DNA of 62,531 bases, filler included, from Dehalococcoidia bacterium (GCA_041494685.1; 3 parts of 3 records of this genome joined end to end with filler, not necessarily neighbours in it), one strand, 5' to 3'; positions 30,989 to 40,365 are shown, counted from the first letter of the whole stretch. Translations and numbers: made by a program. Notes: generated by a model from the letters alone, not told the origin.

Positions 30989-32275
30989 TTGACGCATGCT
31001 GAACCGCGGGCTGGCCAGCAGCCGCGGCCGCGTGCCTTCGCGCGCCGTTTCCCCCACCTCTTCCTTCTCCTGGGCATCCTTGGCCCCGGACTGATCGCGG
31101 CGAACGCCGGCAACGACGCCGGCGGCATCGCGACATACTCCGCTGCAGGCGCGCGCTACGGCTACCAGCTGCTCTGGGTGCTGATCGTCATCCTGGTGGC
31201 GTTGATCGTGGTGCAGGAGATGTGCGCGCGGGTCGGCTCGGTGACGGGCATGGGGTTCTCGGACCTGGTGCGCGAGCGGTTCGGCGTGCGCATGACGACG
31301 TTCGTCGTGGTGGCGCTGCTGGTGGCCAATCTCGGCACGACGTTCTCGGAGTTCGTGGATATCGGCGCGGCGGCGGAACTGATGCACGTGCCGCGGATGC
31401 TCGCCGTGCCGGTAGCGGCAGTGCTGCTGTGGACGCTGGTGGTCTTTGGCTCGTACAAGATTGTGGAGCGCGCGTTCCTCGTCATGGCGCTGGTATTCGT
31501 TGCCTATCCGATCGCCGCGTTGCTGGCGCACCCGGACTGGGGCGCTGTGGGCCACGGGCTGGTGGTGCCGACGGTGCCGCGCTCGTCCGGCGGTGTGACA
31601 ATGGTGATCGCCATCATCGGCACCACGATCACGCCGTATATGCAGCTCTATCTCACCTCAAGCGTGGCCGAGAAGGCAGTGCGGCCCGAAGACTATGTCT
31701 ACGAGCGCGTGGACGTGATCGCCGGCTCGCTGTTCGCGAATCTCGTGGCGCTCACGATCATGGTGGCGACGGCAGCAACGCTCTACGCGCACGGCACCCC
31801 GGTCAACGACGCATCGCAGGCGGCGCGGGCGCTGGAGCCGGTGGCGGGCTCAGCGGCGGAAGTGCTGTTCGCGGTCGGGCTGCTGGGGGCGTGCCTGCTG
31901 GCGGCGCCGGTGCTGGCGCTGACCAGTGCTTACAGCGTGGCCGAGGCGATCGGGCTGGAGAAGGGCGTGTCGCAGGACTTCCGCCAGGCGCCGGCGTTCA
32001 TGGGCATCTTTACCGGCATGATCGTGGTGGGCGCGGCGTTCGCGCTGCTGCCGGGCATCCCGTTCACCAGCACGCTGCTGGCGATCCAGATCGTCGACGC
32101 GATGGTGCTGCCGGTGGTGCTGTTCGTGCTGCTGCGCCTGACGAACGACCGCGACCTGATGGGGGCGCGGGCAAACACGCCGATCTTCAACGCCATCGGC
32201 GGTATCACGGCGGCCGTCGTGATCACGCTGTCGCTGATCCTGGTGGTCATCACGGTAGCGGGGTTCATCGGCTAG
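30989..32275 (+). CDS. NRAMP-family divalent metal transporter (NRMT-like)
   Basis: GPGLIAANAGNDAGGIATYS, QEMCARVG, IGTTITPYM, multiple TM helices. Confidence 0.9.
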   Translation: MTHAEPRAGQQPRPRAFARRFPHLFLLLGILGPGLIAANAGNDAGGIATYSAAGARYGYQLLWVLIVILVALIVVQEMCARVGSVTGMGFSDLVRERFGVRMTTFVVVALLVANLGTTFSEFVDIGAAAELMHVPRMLAVPVAAVLLWTLVVFGSYKIVERAFLVMALVFVAYPIAALLAHPDWGAVGHGLVVPTVPRSSGGVTMVIAIIGTTITPYMQLYLTSSVAEKAVRPEDYVYERVDVIAGSLFANLVALTIMVATAATLYAHGTPVNDASQAARALEPVAGSAAEVLFAVGLLGACLLAAPVLALTSAYSVAEAIGLEKGVSQDFRQAPAFMGIFTGMIVVGAAFALLPGIPFTSTLLAIQIVDAMVLPVVLFVLLRLTNDRDLMGARANTPIFNAIGGITAAVVITLSLILVVITVAGFIG

Positions 32276-32436
32276 CAGGGCGCCGGGCTGAGAGCCCGCG
32301 CCACGATCTGGGCATTCTTCCCCGCCCTACCAACGGCGAACGGCTAACCGATCACCGCTAGCCCGGCTTGATCCAGCGCCCCGGAACGGACACCCTTCAG
32401 CGCCGGCCGGAATCAGCCTCGCAAGAAGGGAACCGC

Positions 32437-33618
32437 ATGCTGCCACTTGAAGGGATCAAGATTCTCGACCTGTCGCGCCTTGCGCCGGGTCCGTTCTGCT
32501 CGATGATGCTCGGCGACATGGGCGCCGACGTACTGCTGGTGGAGGCGCCGGCCGACGGCAAGCTCGCGGCCGCGATCGGCGGGCGTGGCGGGAACGTCGA
32601 GGTGATGGCGGCGTACAACATGATGAGCCGCAACAAGCGGAGTATCGTGCTGAACCTGCGAGAGCCGGACGCACGTGAGATCTTCTACAGGCTCGCGGAG
32701 ACGGCGGACGTGGTGCTGGAGGGCTACCGGCCGGGCGTGGTGAAGCGGCTGGGCGTGGACTACGAGACGCTGTCGCAACGCAACCCGCGCATTGTCTACT
32801 GCTCGCTGTCCGGGTTCGGGCAGACAGGGCCGTACAGCCAGCTCGTGGGCCACGACATCAACTACATCTCCGTCGGCGGGGCGCTGGGCATGATCGGCTG
32901 GCCCGACCAGCCGCCGGCGATCCCGATGAACATCATCGCCGACTTTGCGGGCGGCGGCATGCACGCGGCGTTCGGGATCCTGGCGGCGCTGATGGCGCGG
33001 GAGCGGACGGGCCGCGGACAGTATGTCGACATCTCGATGTCGGACGGCGTGCTGTATCTGCTGGCGAGCATGGTGGGGCCGGTGCTGATGGGCGGGGCAT
33101 CGCCCACGCCCGGCGGCACGCTGCTCAACGGCTCGGTGCCACACTACAACGTCTACAAATGCAGCGACGGCGGCTGGGTCAGCATCGGCAGCCTGGAGCC
33201 GCACTTCTTCGTGAACCTCTGCAAGACCATGGCGTGCGAGCGGTACATTCCGCATCAGTACGACGCGTCGAAGCGCGAGGAGATCGCGGCGTACTTCCGC
33301 GAGCAGTTCGCGACGAAGCCGCGCGACGAGTGGTTCCGGATCCTGAGCCAGAGCGACATCTGCGCAGCGCCGGTCTACTCGCTGGAGGAGGCGCTGCGCG
33401 ACCCGCACAACCTGGCGCGGCAGATGGTGGTGGAGGTGGACCACCCGACGCTCGGCAAGGTGAAGCACGTCGGCATCGGCACGAAGCTCTCGGACACGCC
33501 GGGCTCGGTGCGGTCGACGGCGCCGCTGGCGGGCCAGCACACCGACGACGTGCTCTCATCGATTGGCTACGACGCGGCGGGCGTGGCGGCGCTGCGTGAA
33601 CGGGGCGTGGTGCAGTAA
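32437..33618 (+). CDS. CaiB/BaiF family III CoA-transferase
   Basis: LDLSRLAPGPF, RNKRSI, GFGQTGPY, GHDINY, ADFAGGG. Confidence 0.93.
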   Translation: MLPLEGIKILDLSRLAPGPFCSMMLGDMGADVLLVEAPADGKLAAAIGGRGGNVEVMAAYNMMSRNKRSIVLNLREPDAREIFYRLAETADVVLEGYRPGVVKRLGVDYETLSQRNPRIVYCSLSGFGQTGPYSQLVGHDINYISVGGALGMIGWPDQPPAIPMNIIADFAGGGMHAAFGILAALMARERTGRGQYVDISMSDGVLYLLASMVGPVLMGGASPTPGGTLLNGSVPHYNVYKCSDGGWVSIGSLEPHFFVNLCKTMACERYIPHQYDASKREEIAAYFREQFATKPRDEWFRILSQSDICAAPVYSLEEALRDPHNLARQMVVEVDHPTLGKVKHVGIGTKLSDTPGSVRSTAPLAGQHTDDVLSSIGYDAAGVAALRERGVVQ

Positions 33619-33738
33619 GTCGGTTGGCGGACTTGACCCAGCCGATGTTGATCGCTGCCTGCTCGGCGCTTGCGTAACCGTCGTCGTCCGGCGCCGGAAG
33701 GCGTGACCCGCGGGGAAGCCGGGTGTACCCTGCGTCGC

Positions 33739-34449
33739 ATGATGTGGGATGACGTCGCGCCGCCGCCGGACGACGACGGCGAGGATCTGGAGCTCTCGAT
33801 CCAGAACGTCGCCGCGCACCCGGAGCCGGGCGGCAACCTCCGTGTGATGATCGCGACCACGCGGGGCGAGATCCGCGGCATCCTGCACCCCTGCGCCACG
33901 GGCCCGGGCGCGGCGATCTATGTCGGCGGCGCGATGGGCGGCTTCGAAGGGCCCGCCAACGATATCTACGGCCGGCTGGCGGACCGCCTGCGGCCGGCGC
34001 TGAGCGGCCTGCGCATCCATTACCGCCGTCCCGGCGTCTTCCAGGAGTGCGTGCTCGACGTGCTGGCAGCCGTCTCGTTCCTGCGCGGGATGGGCGCGAG
34101 CGGTGGCATCGTGCTGGTGGGCCACTCGTTCGGCGGCGCGGTCGTGATCAAGGCGGGCGAGCTTTCCGGCGCGGTCGTGGGCGTCGCCGCGCTGTCGCCG
34201 CAGCTGTACGGCACACACTCCGTGCAGCAACTCGACAAGCCGCTGCTGCTGGTGCACGGCATGCGCGACGGCGTCCTCGACCACGCCGCCAGCGAAGACA
34301 TCCACGCGCGGGCGCACGAGCCGAAGCGCCTCGTGTTGTACGCGGAGGCCGACCACACGCTCGTCCAGGCGGCGGGCGACGTCGAAGAGCTGCTGGTGGC
34401 CTGGCTGCCCCAGATGGTGGGACGCACACCGGCAGCCGGGCGGAACTGA
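33739..34449 (+). CDS. Alpha/beta hydrolase
   Basis: GHSFGG, LLVHGMRD, ADH. Confidence 0.82.
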   Translation: MMWDDVAPPPDDDGEDLELSIQNVAAHPEPGGNLRVMIATTRGEIRGILHPCATGPGAAIYVGGAMGGFEGPANDIYGRLADRLRPALSGLRIHYRRPGVFQECVLDVLAAVSFLRGMGASGGIVLVGHSFGGAVVIKAGELSGAVVGVAALSPQLYGTHSVQQLDKPLLLVHGMRDGVLDHAASEDIHARAHEPKRLVLYAEADHTLVQAAGDVEELLVAWLPQMVGRTPAAGRN

Positions 34450-34494
34450 TACACCGCCTGTCTGCGGTGAAGCGTCCCCTGTAGACTTCGGGCC

Positions 34495-35316
34495 ATGACA
34501 CCCACCGACCTGCCGCTCTCGACTTCCGGCGCGACCGCGATAGACGTCGCGTGGCGCTGTGGGCGCGAGGGCGGCGCGCACGCGCTGTCGCGCTTCCGCG
34601 GCGTCCACGCCATCGACGTGAAGGGGCACCGCAACATCGTCACCCAGACGGACGTCGAGACGGAGCTGCTGATCAAGGCGATCCTGGCGGCGGAGTATCC
34701 CGGCCACAAGATCCTGTCCGAGGAGACGGCGTCGGACACCGACGCGAGCAGCGGCTGGACGTGGGTGATCGACCCGATCGACGGCACGAAGAACTACGCG
34801 ATCGGCATGCCGTTCTGGTGCACGAACATCGCGCTCTGCCACGACGGCGAGCCGGTGGTGGGGCTCACGTACGACCCGGTGCACGACGAGGGCTTCTGGG
34901 CGATCGCCGGCGAAGGCGCGTACTGCAACGACGAGCGGATCGCGGCATCGGAGCTTCCGGACGTGTTCAGCGCGGTGATCAGCATCGACCTGGGGTACGA
35001 CGACGCGCTCGGTTCGGAGCAGCTGGAGCTGATGCAGCGCATCTTCCCGAACGTGCAGGGCATCCGCATCACGGGGAGCGCCGCCCTCGGGCTGGCATAC
35101 GCGGCGTGCGGGCGGGTCGACCTCTACACGCACATGAACATCTCGCCGTGGGACATCGCGCCGGGCATCCTGCTGGTGCGCGAGGCGGGCGGCGTAGCCA
35201 CGGAGCGCGGCGGCGCGCCGATGCGGATCACCAGCCGTACGTTCGCCGCCGGCGGGAAGCATGTGCATGATGACTTCATGAGCCGGTATGCTGCGGTGCA
35301 GGGTGGGAAGCAATAG
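34495..35316 (+). CDS. Inositol monophosphatase family protein
   Basis: ILSEE, WVIDPIDGTKNY, GSAAL, PWDIAPG. Confidence 0.93.
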   Translation: MTPTDLPLSTSGATAIDVAWRCGREGGAHALSRFRGVHAIDVKGHRNIVTQTDVETELLIKAILAAEYPGHKILSEETASDTDASSGWTWVIDPIDGTKNYAIGMPFWCTNIALCHDGEPVVGLTYDPVHDEGFWAIAGEGAYCNDERIAASELPDVFSAVISIDLGYDDALGSEQLELMQRIFPNVQGIRITGSAALGLAYAACGRVDLYTHMNISPWDIAPGILLVREAGGVATERGGAPMRITSRTFAAGGKHVHDDFMSRYAAVQGGKQ

Positions 35317-35332
35317 AGGGAGCGCAGCCCCC

Positions 35333-36016
35333 ATGATCACCCGCGCCCGTCTCGTCCCAAGCCTCCTTTCCGTCAGCCTTGTCATCGCCGCGTTCGGCGC
35401 GGCCGCCTGCTTCGGCGGCGGTGGCGGCAGCAAGACGCCCGCGGCGACGGCAACGCCGCAGCTGCCGGGCCCGATCGAGGCGCTCGCGACCTGGGTACAC
35501 GACAACCGCAACGTCGACTTCATCGGCGACTGCCGGAACGCGAAGCCGGGCATCGACGTGGGCAAGATGTGCGTCCTCGAAGTCGGTTCGCGGGGCACGC
35601 GGAAGGCGTACGCACTGGGTCCGACCTTCGCCGACCCAACGGCGCTGGCGATGGTGGACCAGGGTAAGGACGGCGCGTGGACGGTGCTCTCGGTGAAGAA
35701 CCGCGACCCCAGCCAGCCGTCGGTGCCCGGTATCGACTGGCCGTTGCAGGTGGGCGACCAGGTGATCGTGATCGGTCTGGGCGACAACGATTGCCTGCGC
35801 GTGCGCGACCAGGCGTCGCAGCAGGGCAAGCAGTTGAACTGCATCCCGGACGGCACCAAGGCCATCGTGCAGGAGGGGCCGACGGAGGCCGAGACGTTCA
35901 GCTGGTGGCGGATCGCCGGCGACGGCTTCAATGGCTGGTCGGCGGGCACGTGGCTGCGCCTGCCGGACGCGATCGCGGCGGCGCTGGCGACGCCCGTGCC
36001 GACGGCGACGCCGTAG
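35333..36016 (+). CDS. Lipoprotein with C-terminal SH3b-like domain
   Basis: Lipobox AAAC, CLRVRDQAS...IPDGT...EGP...WWRI...GWSAGTWL. Confidence 0.75.
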   Translation: MITRARLVPSLLSVSLVIAAFGAAACFGGGGGSKTPAATATPQLPGPIEALATWVHDNRNVDFIGDCRNAKPGIDVGKMCVLEVGSRGTRKAYALGPTFADPTALAMVDQGKDGAWTVLSVKNRDPSQPSVPGIDWPLQVGDQVIVIGLGDNDCLRVRDQASQQGKQLNCIPDGTKAIVQEGPTEAETFSWWRIAGDGFNGWSAGTWLRLPDAIAAALATPVPTATP

Positions 36017-36476
36017 GCCGCTGCGGGGTCGGGCTGAGCCGGCGTTTGATTGCTTGATTGCATGTTCGCGTTTTCCGTTCCCGGGGAGTTCACCGGGCCG
36101 CGCTGAATCTGCGTGAGGGCGACGAAGCCCGGCAGACCGATTGTGCTTGATTGAGTTTGATTGAGAGGCTCCGCATTCAATCATTCGTGTGGGGCGTTGG
36201 CGCGTCCGGGTGGCGAGGTCGAGTATAGGCGGAAGCGCGGGCGAAGTCCGAGGGGCGGATGTCACCGCCCTCAACGCTCGCGGGTAGGCCCCTGCTTCAC
36301 GGGGACGTCGGACTCGGATCCGCACGACAGCGCATCGGAGCCGGCGGATGACTGAACGCGTGCGAGAACGGGCACCGACGAAGCCGTGCGTGCATCGCTC
36401 CGCAGTGAGGTAAGGTGCTTTACAAGCAATCTCGCGGCGCATATACTCGCAGCCATTGCGGTTCTATGGTGGCGGT

Positions 36477-37454
36477 ATGAACGTTCGGACACTCTTGCTC
36501 GCAGGATTGGCGGGAACGATAGCAGGCGTTCCGCTGCTGGCGCCGAGTCGCACCGCGCACGCGGCAGTAACGAGCGTGAAGTTGGTGGCATGTCGGCGCG
36601 TTGAGGCTCTCGCTCCGGACGCTTGCAAGGGGAAGGCGTCTCTTCCCGTCGGGCAGATCATCAACATCGCCGACAACCTGGGCGACAAGGACGGCGTTCT
36701 TGAGGCGAGCGACCTCGACGAGGTCGTGGCGACGCCCGCCACGTTGGACGAGACGGCGACGAATCCATCTGATTCGCTCCTGGTATTTGCGTTTGTGGAT
36801 CAGATTTCGCCGGTGACGTTCGCGAGCTCCTCGAATCAGGTCGCGTTCGTAGCGAGCGATTCGGCGAGTTGGTTGTGTGCGGCAAGGGCGGACGACGATT
36901 GCGGCGGAGAATTCCCCGACGGCGTAGTGACGGCAAACCTCATCAATCGCACGGCACGCGTCGGCGAGACGATCACGATCACGGTGGGAGAGGCTCAGGC
37001 CCGGATCACGATTGCGGGTGTCGGAGTTGGTCCGGGTGTCTCGACAGCAACGCCGCCGCCAACTGCGCCTCCGTCAGCGACCGCGACGCGCACTCGTGTG
37101 ATCCCAACATCGACGGCGCGGATGGCGCCGACGCCCACCGCGACGATCGTGCCGCCGATTCCCTCCGACGGCATGGACTGGACGCGGGTGGCGGAGGTGG
37201 TGGGAGGGCTGGCCGTCGTCGCGGGGGTCGCCGGCAGTGGTGTGGTCATTGCACGGCGCGTGCAGCGAGGGACGAAGCCCAAGGACGCGCGGGGAGCAGG
37301 CGCGGAGCCAACACTGCACGGGGCGATCGACGCTACCGGGAGTCAGGAGATCGAGGCTAACGAGCACGGCATCGTCACGCTGCGGGCGGTGCTGGGCCAG
37401 CCAAAGCACATCGAGCTGATCGAGGAGGAGCAACGTGACGACGACACGCGTTGA
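36477..37454 (+). CDS. Hypothetical exported, single-pass membrane-anchored protein
   Basis: Signal peptide ending AHA-A, Cys pairs, Pro/Thr linker, TM VVGGLAVVAGVAGSGVVIA, cytoplasmic tail. Confidence 0.65.
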   Translation: MNVRTLLLAGLAGTIAGVPLLAPSRTAHAAVTSVKLVACRRVEALAPDACKGKASLPVGQIINIADNLGDKDGVLEASDLDEVVATPATLDETATNPSDSLLVFAFVDQISPVTFASSSNQVAFVASDSASWLCAARADDDCGGEFPDGVVTANLINRTARVGETITITVGEAQARITIAGVGVGPGVSTATPPPTAPPSATATRTRVIPTSTARMAPTPTATIVPPIPSDGMDWTRVAEVVGGLAVVAGVAGSGVVIARRVQRGTKPKDARGAGAEPTLHGAIDATGSQEIEANEHGIVTLRAVLGQPKHIELIEEEQRDDDTR

Positions 37455-37974
37455 CAGCACGGTGCAGGATGTATTCGCAGGGGACGGCAAACGCGCATCC
37501 CACACCGCGCAGGCGCTGAAGGGTGTGCGAGGTTCGTCGCCGGGATTCATCAAGGTCGCCACGACGGAGACGCTGGCGAAGGCGGTGTGGGACGTGTTCG
37601 ACTTTCCCCTGGGCGACCTGATCTTCAGCGCGTGGGACGATCACGAGAAGGTGAACGAGGCGAAGGCGGCGACGGCGGGGAAGCGCGGGGAGCGGCGGGA
37701 GGTCGAGATCCTGACACACACGATCCGCTCGACGCACCACCCGATAATCGAGCTGGAACCCATGCGCAAAGACGTATGCGAGCTGGACTTGATTCTCGAA
37801 CTGAAACTGAGCGGCGCGATCGTGTCGGTGGCGGGCGGGCAGGTGGTGGGCGTGTCACCCGGAGACGCGCAGGCGAGTGCGACGCTGGGATACGACGGCC
37901 AAACGCTGCTTAGCACGCGCCCAGTCAAGATCCGGCTGCGGGAATCGATCCCGCCGCCGCCGCCGCCCTACTGA
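37435..37974 (+). CDS. Hypothetical protein
   Basis: GGAGGAG RBS, overlaps previous gene, coding-like composition. No recognised motif. Confidence 0.65.
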   Translation: MTTTRVDSTVQDVFAGDGKRASHTAQALKGVRGSSPGFIKVATTETLAKAVWDVFDFPLGDLIFSAWDDHEKVNEAKAATAGKRGERREVEILTHTIRSTHHPIIELEPMRKDVCELDLILELKLSGAIVSVAGGQVVGVSPGDAQASATLGYDGQTLLSTRPVKIRLRESIPPPPPPY

Positions 37975-38042
37975 CCACCCTCCCGAAACTTCTCCGTGTT
38001 CTCGAGCCTCCACGGAAAGTTCTCCCGGCTTGTAGAGCTTTC

Positions 38043-38071
38043 TTGACGATCCGGGGGGCATCTCGTATGGT
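38043..38071 (+). promoter_or_regulatory. Sigma70 promoter of tRNA-Gly
   Basis: TTGACG-N17-TATGGT, about 50 nt upstream of the tRNA. Confidence 0.7.
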
Positions 38072-38119
38072 CGCAGTAGCGGCTCGTGCATAGCCGGCCG
38101 GCTCCTCGGTGCCCCACGA

Positions 38120-38195
38120 GCGGGGGTAACTCAATTGGTAGAGTGCTAGCCTTCCAAGCTGGAAGTTGCGGGTTCGAGTCCCGTCCCCCGCTCCA
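38120..38195 (+). tRNA. tRNA-Gly (anticodon TCC)
   Basis: Cloverleaf: GCGGGGG/CCCCCGC acceptor, ACTC/GAGT D-stem, CTAGC-CTTCCAA-GCTGG anticodon arm, GCGGG-TTCGAGT-CCCGT T-arm, encoded CCA. Confidence 0.97.
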
Positions 38196-38598
38196 CCTTT
38201 CCCACTGCGCCATGACTTCTCCAAGTTCAAAAGGAACGGCGAAGCCATGCCGTCGGAACTCCTCCTCTACACGAAGTCCTGGCGGCATTCGCCGCGGCGG
38301 TGCTCGTCACCGTCCTAGCCGGGTATCGGCGGTCTGCGCGCTGCTGCCTGATGGCCGCGCGCTCACCGCTGCAGCCAGCACGATGCGTCGGATGGTCTTT
38401 GGCAGGCAGCCGTCGCGGCCGGTGGAAGCTGGCTCGGCGTGGTAGGCCGATCGGCCGGTATACGACCGGGGCGCGCAGGCGTAGTATCGATCCGAAGCGC
38501 GGAGGCCGACGCGCGCACGGGAGCCCCACATACTCCGCGTGGTGAAGCTGCCGTCCTGGCCGAACACGCGGGGGCCGACGGCTGCGGGAGGCGACGGC

Positions 38599-38781
38599 AT
38601 GAACGATCCGAGCGCACTGGAATCGGAACTGGCACCGGAGACGGAGGTCGCGATCGAAGTGGCCCGCCGCCTGCCCCTGCTGCTGCTGGTGGTGGCTGTC
38701 GCTCTGATAGCAGTCGTCTGCTGGCGCAGGACGCACCGGCATGAGCACGCCGCAGCGCGTGACGATCTACGTCCGGGTTAG
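38599..38781 (+). CDS. Small single-TM hypothetical protein
   Basis: GGGAGG RBS, MNDPSALE...LPLLLLVVAVALIAVVCWRR. Confidence 0.5.
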   Translation: MNDPSALESELAPETEVAIEVARRLPLLLLVVAVALIAVVCWRRTHRHEHAAARDDLRPG

Positions 38782-38926
38782 CGGGGAGTGGCCACAGAGC
38801 CGCTGCGCTGGCAGTGGGCGCAGCCAGCGGCGCCGGTGGGCTGGTACGTGCGCCGGAGGCGGGTGGTCTGATCGCGGAAGTGGGAGCGATGATCGAGTAC
38901 CGGGGCGACGCCGCACGGAGGACAGG

Positions 38927-39115
38927 ATGCCGACTGACACCAGCGACAAGAACAAGCTCCGCACATCGCACCTGGCGCTGCGCACACGGCTGCTAGCGAA
39001 ACGAAAGCTCGCGGAGACGCGAATGGCCGAGGCGCGAGAGGATCTGAGACGCATCGACCGCGAGATCGCAGCACTGGAACGCGAACAGCGCCTCCTCGAC
39101 CGCGGGAGCCGCTGA
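38927..39115 (+). CDS. Small coiled-coil hypothetical protein
   Basis: GGAGGA RBS, heptad-like LAETRMAEAREDLRRIDREIAALEREQRLL. Confidence 0.55.
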   Translation: MPTDTSDKNKLRTSHLALRTRLLAKRKLAETRMAEAREDLRRIDREIAALEREQRLLDRGSR

Positions 39116-39365
39116 ACTTGCGCGCTCGCTCTACCGTGCGACGACGAGGCTCACTGTTGTCCCTCTGCCACGCGGGGCCGTAGCCCGGTGCCAGCATGCC
39201 CAGTTCGGCTAACCTTGAACACGGCCGGACGCTATGCAAGGTTGAGCGACAGGATCCCGGTCCGTAAGACGGTCGGATCGGCCCGGGAAGAGCGTTTTGA
39301 CAGCTGTCTCAATTGAAGCTAGGTTAGGTTCGACGATTAACGGGGCGCGGTTCGCACCGCGACTT

Positions 39366-39409
39366 CTAGCTTGGAAGGCTAGGAGTTGCGGGTCCCGTCC
39401 CCCGCTCCA
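39366..39409 (+). repeat. Degenerate copy of tRNA-Gly 3' half (att-like direct repeat)
   Basis: CTAGC-TTGGAAG-GCTAG-GAGTTGCGGG-TCCCGTCCCCCGCTCCA versus tRNA CTAGC-CTTCCAA-GCTGG-AAGTTGCGGG-TTCGAG-TCCCGTCCCCCGCTCCA. Confidence 0.85.
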
Positions 39410-39443
39410 CTTTCTCCACATTTGCGCGCAGCGGAGGCGGCCT

Positions 39444-40241
39444 GTGACACCTGACGAGGTCATCGCGCGGGCGGATGCCAACTATTTCGACTCGTTTCGC
39501 ACGATCGTCGGGGCGATCGCGGACGGCGACGTGCGCGAGTCGGGCGGGGTGCTGATCGTCGCCTCGCGGCTGCCGACGGCGTGGCTGAACATCGCGTTCG
39601 TGACGCGGCCGCTCGCGGCGCCGGAGCGACAGCTGCGCGATGCGGTGACGTTCTTCGACGCGCACCGGCTGCCGTTCGTCGTCCGCGTGCGGCAGGGGCT
39701 GGACCCGGCCGCGGAACGCGCCGCCGAGGCGCTGGGCCTGCCGTACGCGGATACGGTGCCGGGCATGGTGCTGCGCGACGTCGCGGACGCGGCGGTGCCG
39801 GAGCCGCCGGCGGGGCTGGAGATCCGTATCGCGCACGACGATGCAACGATCGCGGATCACGGCGCGGTCGTGGCCGAGTCGTTCGGGATGCCGATCGAGT
39901 GGGCGCGGGCGTTCGCCACGCGAGAGCTGGTGAGCCAGCCCGGCGTGGAGCTGTACGTCGGCTACGTGGACGGCCAGCCGGTCGCGTCGTCGGCGCTCGT
40001 GGCGTCGCGCGGCGCCGCGGGCGTGTACAACGTCGGCTGCGTCGAGACGCACCGACGGCGCGGCCACGGCGAGGCGATGACGTGGCACGCGGTACGCCGC
40101 GGCCGGGCCTGGGGCTGCGAGATCGCGAGCCTGCAGGCGTCGGCGATGGGGCAGCCGGTGTACGAGCGCATGGGGTTTAGGCTGGTGACGGGGTATCGGA
40201 CGTTCACGCGGCCGGCGGAGGGCGCCGAGGCGCGCGGGTGA
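39444..40241 (+). CDS. GNAT-family N-acetyltransferase
   Basis: AGVYNVGCVETHRRRGHGEAMT...LQASAMGQPVYERMGF. GGAGG RBS before GTG. Confidence 0.88.
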   Translation: MTPDEVIARADANYFDSFRTIVGAIADGDVRESGGVLIVASRLPTAWLNIAFVTRPLAAPERQLRDAVTFFDAHRLPFVVRVRQGLDPAAERAAEALGLPYADTVPGMVLRDVADAAVPEPPAGLEIRIAHDDATIADHGAVVAESFGMPIEWARAFATRELVSQPGVELYVGYVDGQPVASSALVASRGAAGVYNVGCVETHRRRGHGEAMTWHAVRRGRAWGCEIASLQASAMGQPVYERMGFRLVTGYRTFTRPAEGAEARG

Positions 40242-40314
40242 CGCGCGATCGCGGGGGTGCGGGCGCGGCAGGCTGCGGCCCTACGCGAACCGGGAGAAGA
40301 CGCGCCAGACAGAC

Positions 40315-40349
40315 AGAGAGGGTGCCAGATCGGCGCCCTCTCTTCGTTT
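40315..40349. terminator. Probable bidirectional intrinsic terminator
   Basis: AGAGAGGGTGCC-AGATC-GGCGCCCTCTCT-TCGTTT between convergent genes. Confidence 0.65.
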
Positions 40350-40365
40350 GCGGTCGGCTGTGCGG

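Larger units (their letters stand above)
38196..39409. mobile_element. Decayed tRNA-integrated islet (about 1.2 kb, no integrase)
   Basis: Bounded by tRNA-Gly and a degenerate direct repeat of its 3' half. Contains only short or frameshifted ORFs. Confidence 0.6.

Noticed and set aside
32280..32345. GGGCTGAGAGCCC resembling a TPP riboswitch
   Set aside because: The CTGAT/TAAT/GCGNAGGGA half of the aptamer is missing.
36100..36140. GAGGGCGACGAAGCCCGGCAGACC resembling part of a SAM-I riboswitch
   Set aside because: It lacks the ATC-AGAG 5' element, the P2 pseudoknot loop and the GCAACC/GTGC core. There is no methionine gene downstream.
39366..39409. Second functional tRNA gene
   Set aside because: It has no 5' half or D-arm, the T-loop is deleted and the anticodon loop is inverted. 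It is treated as an att-like scar.
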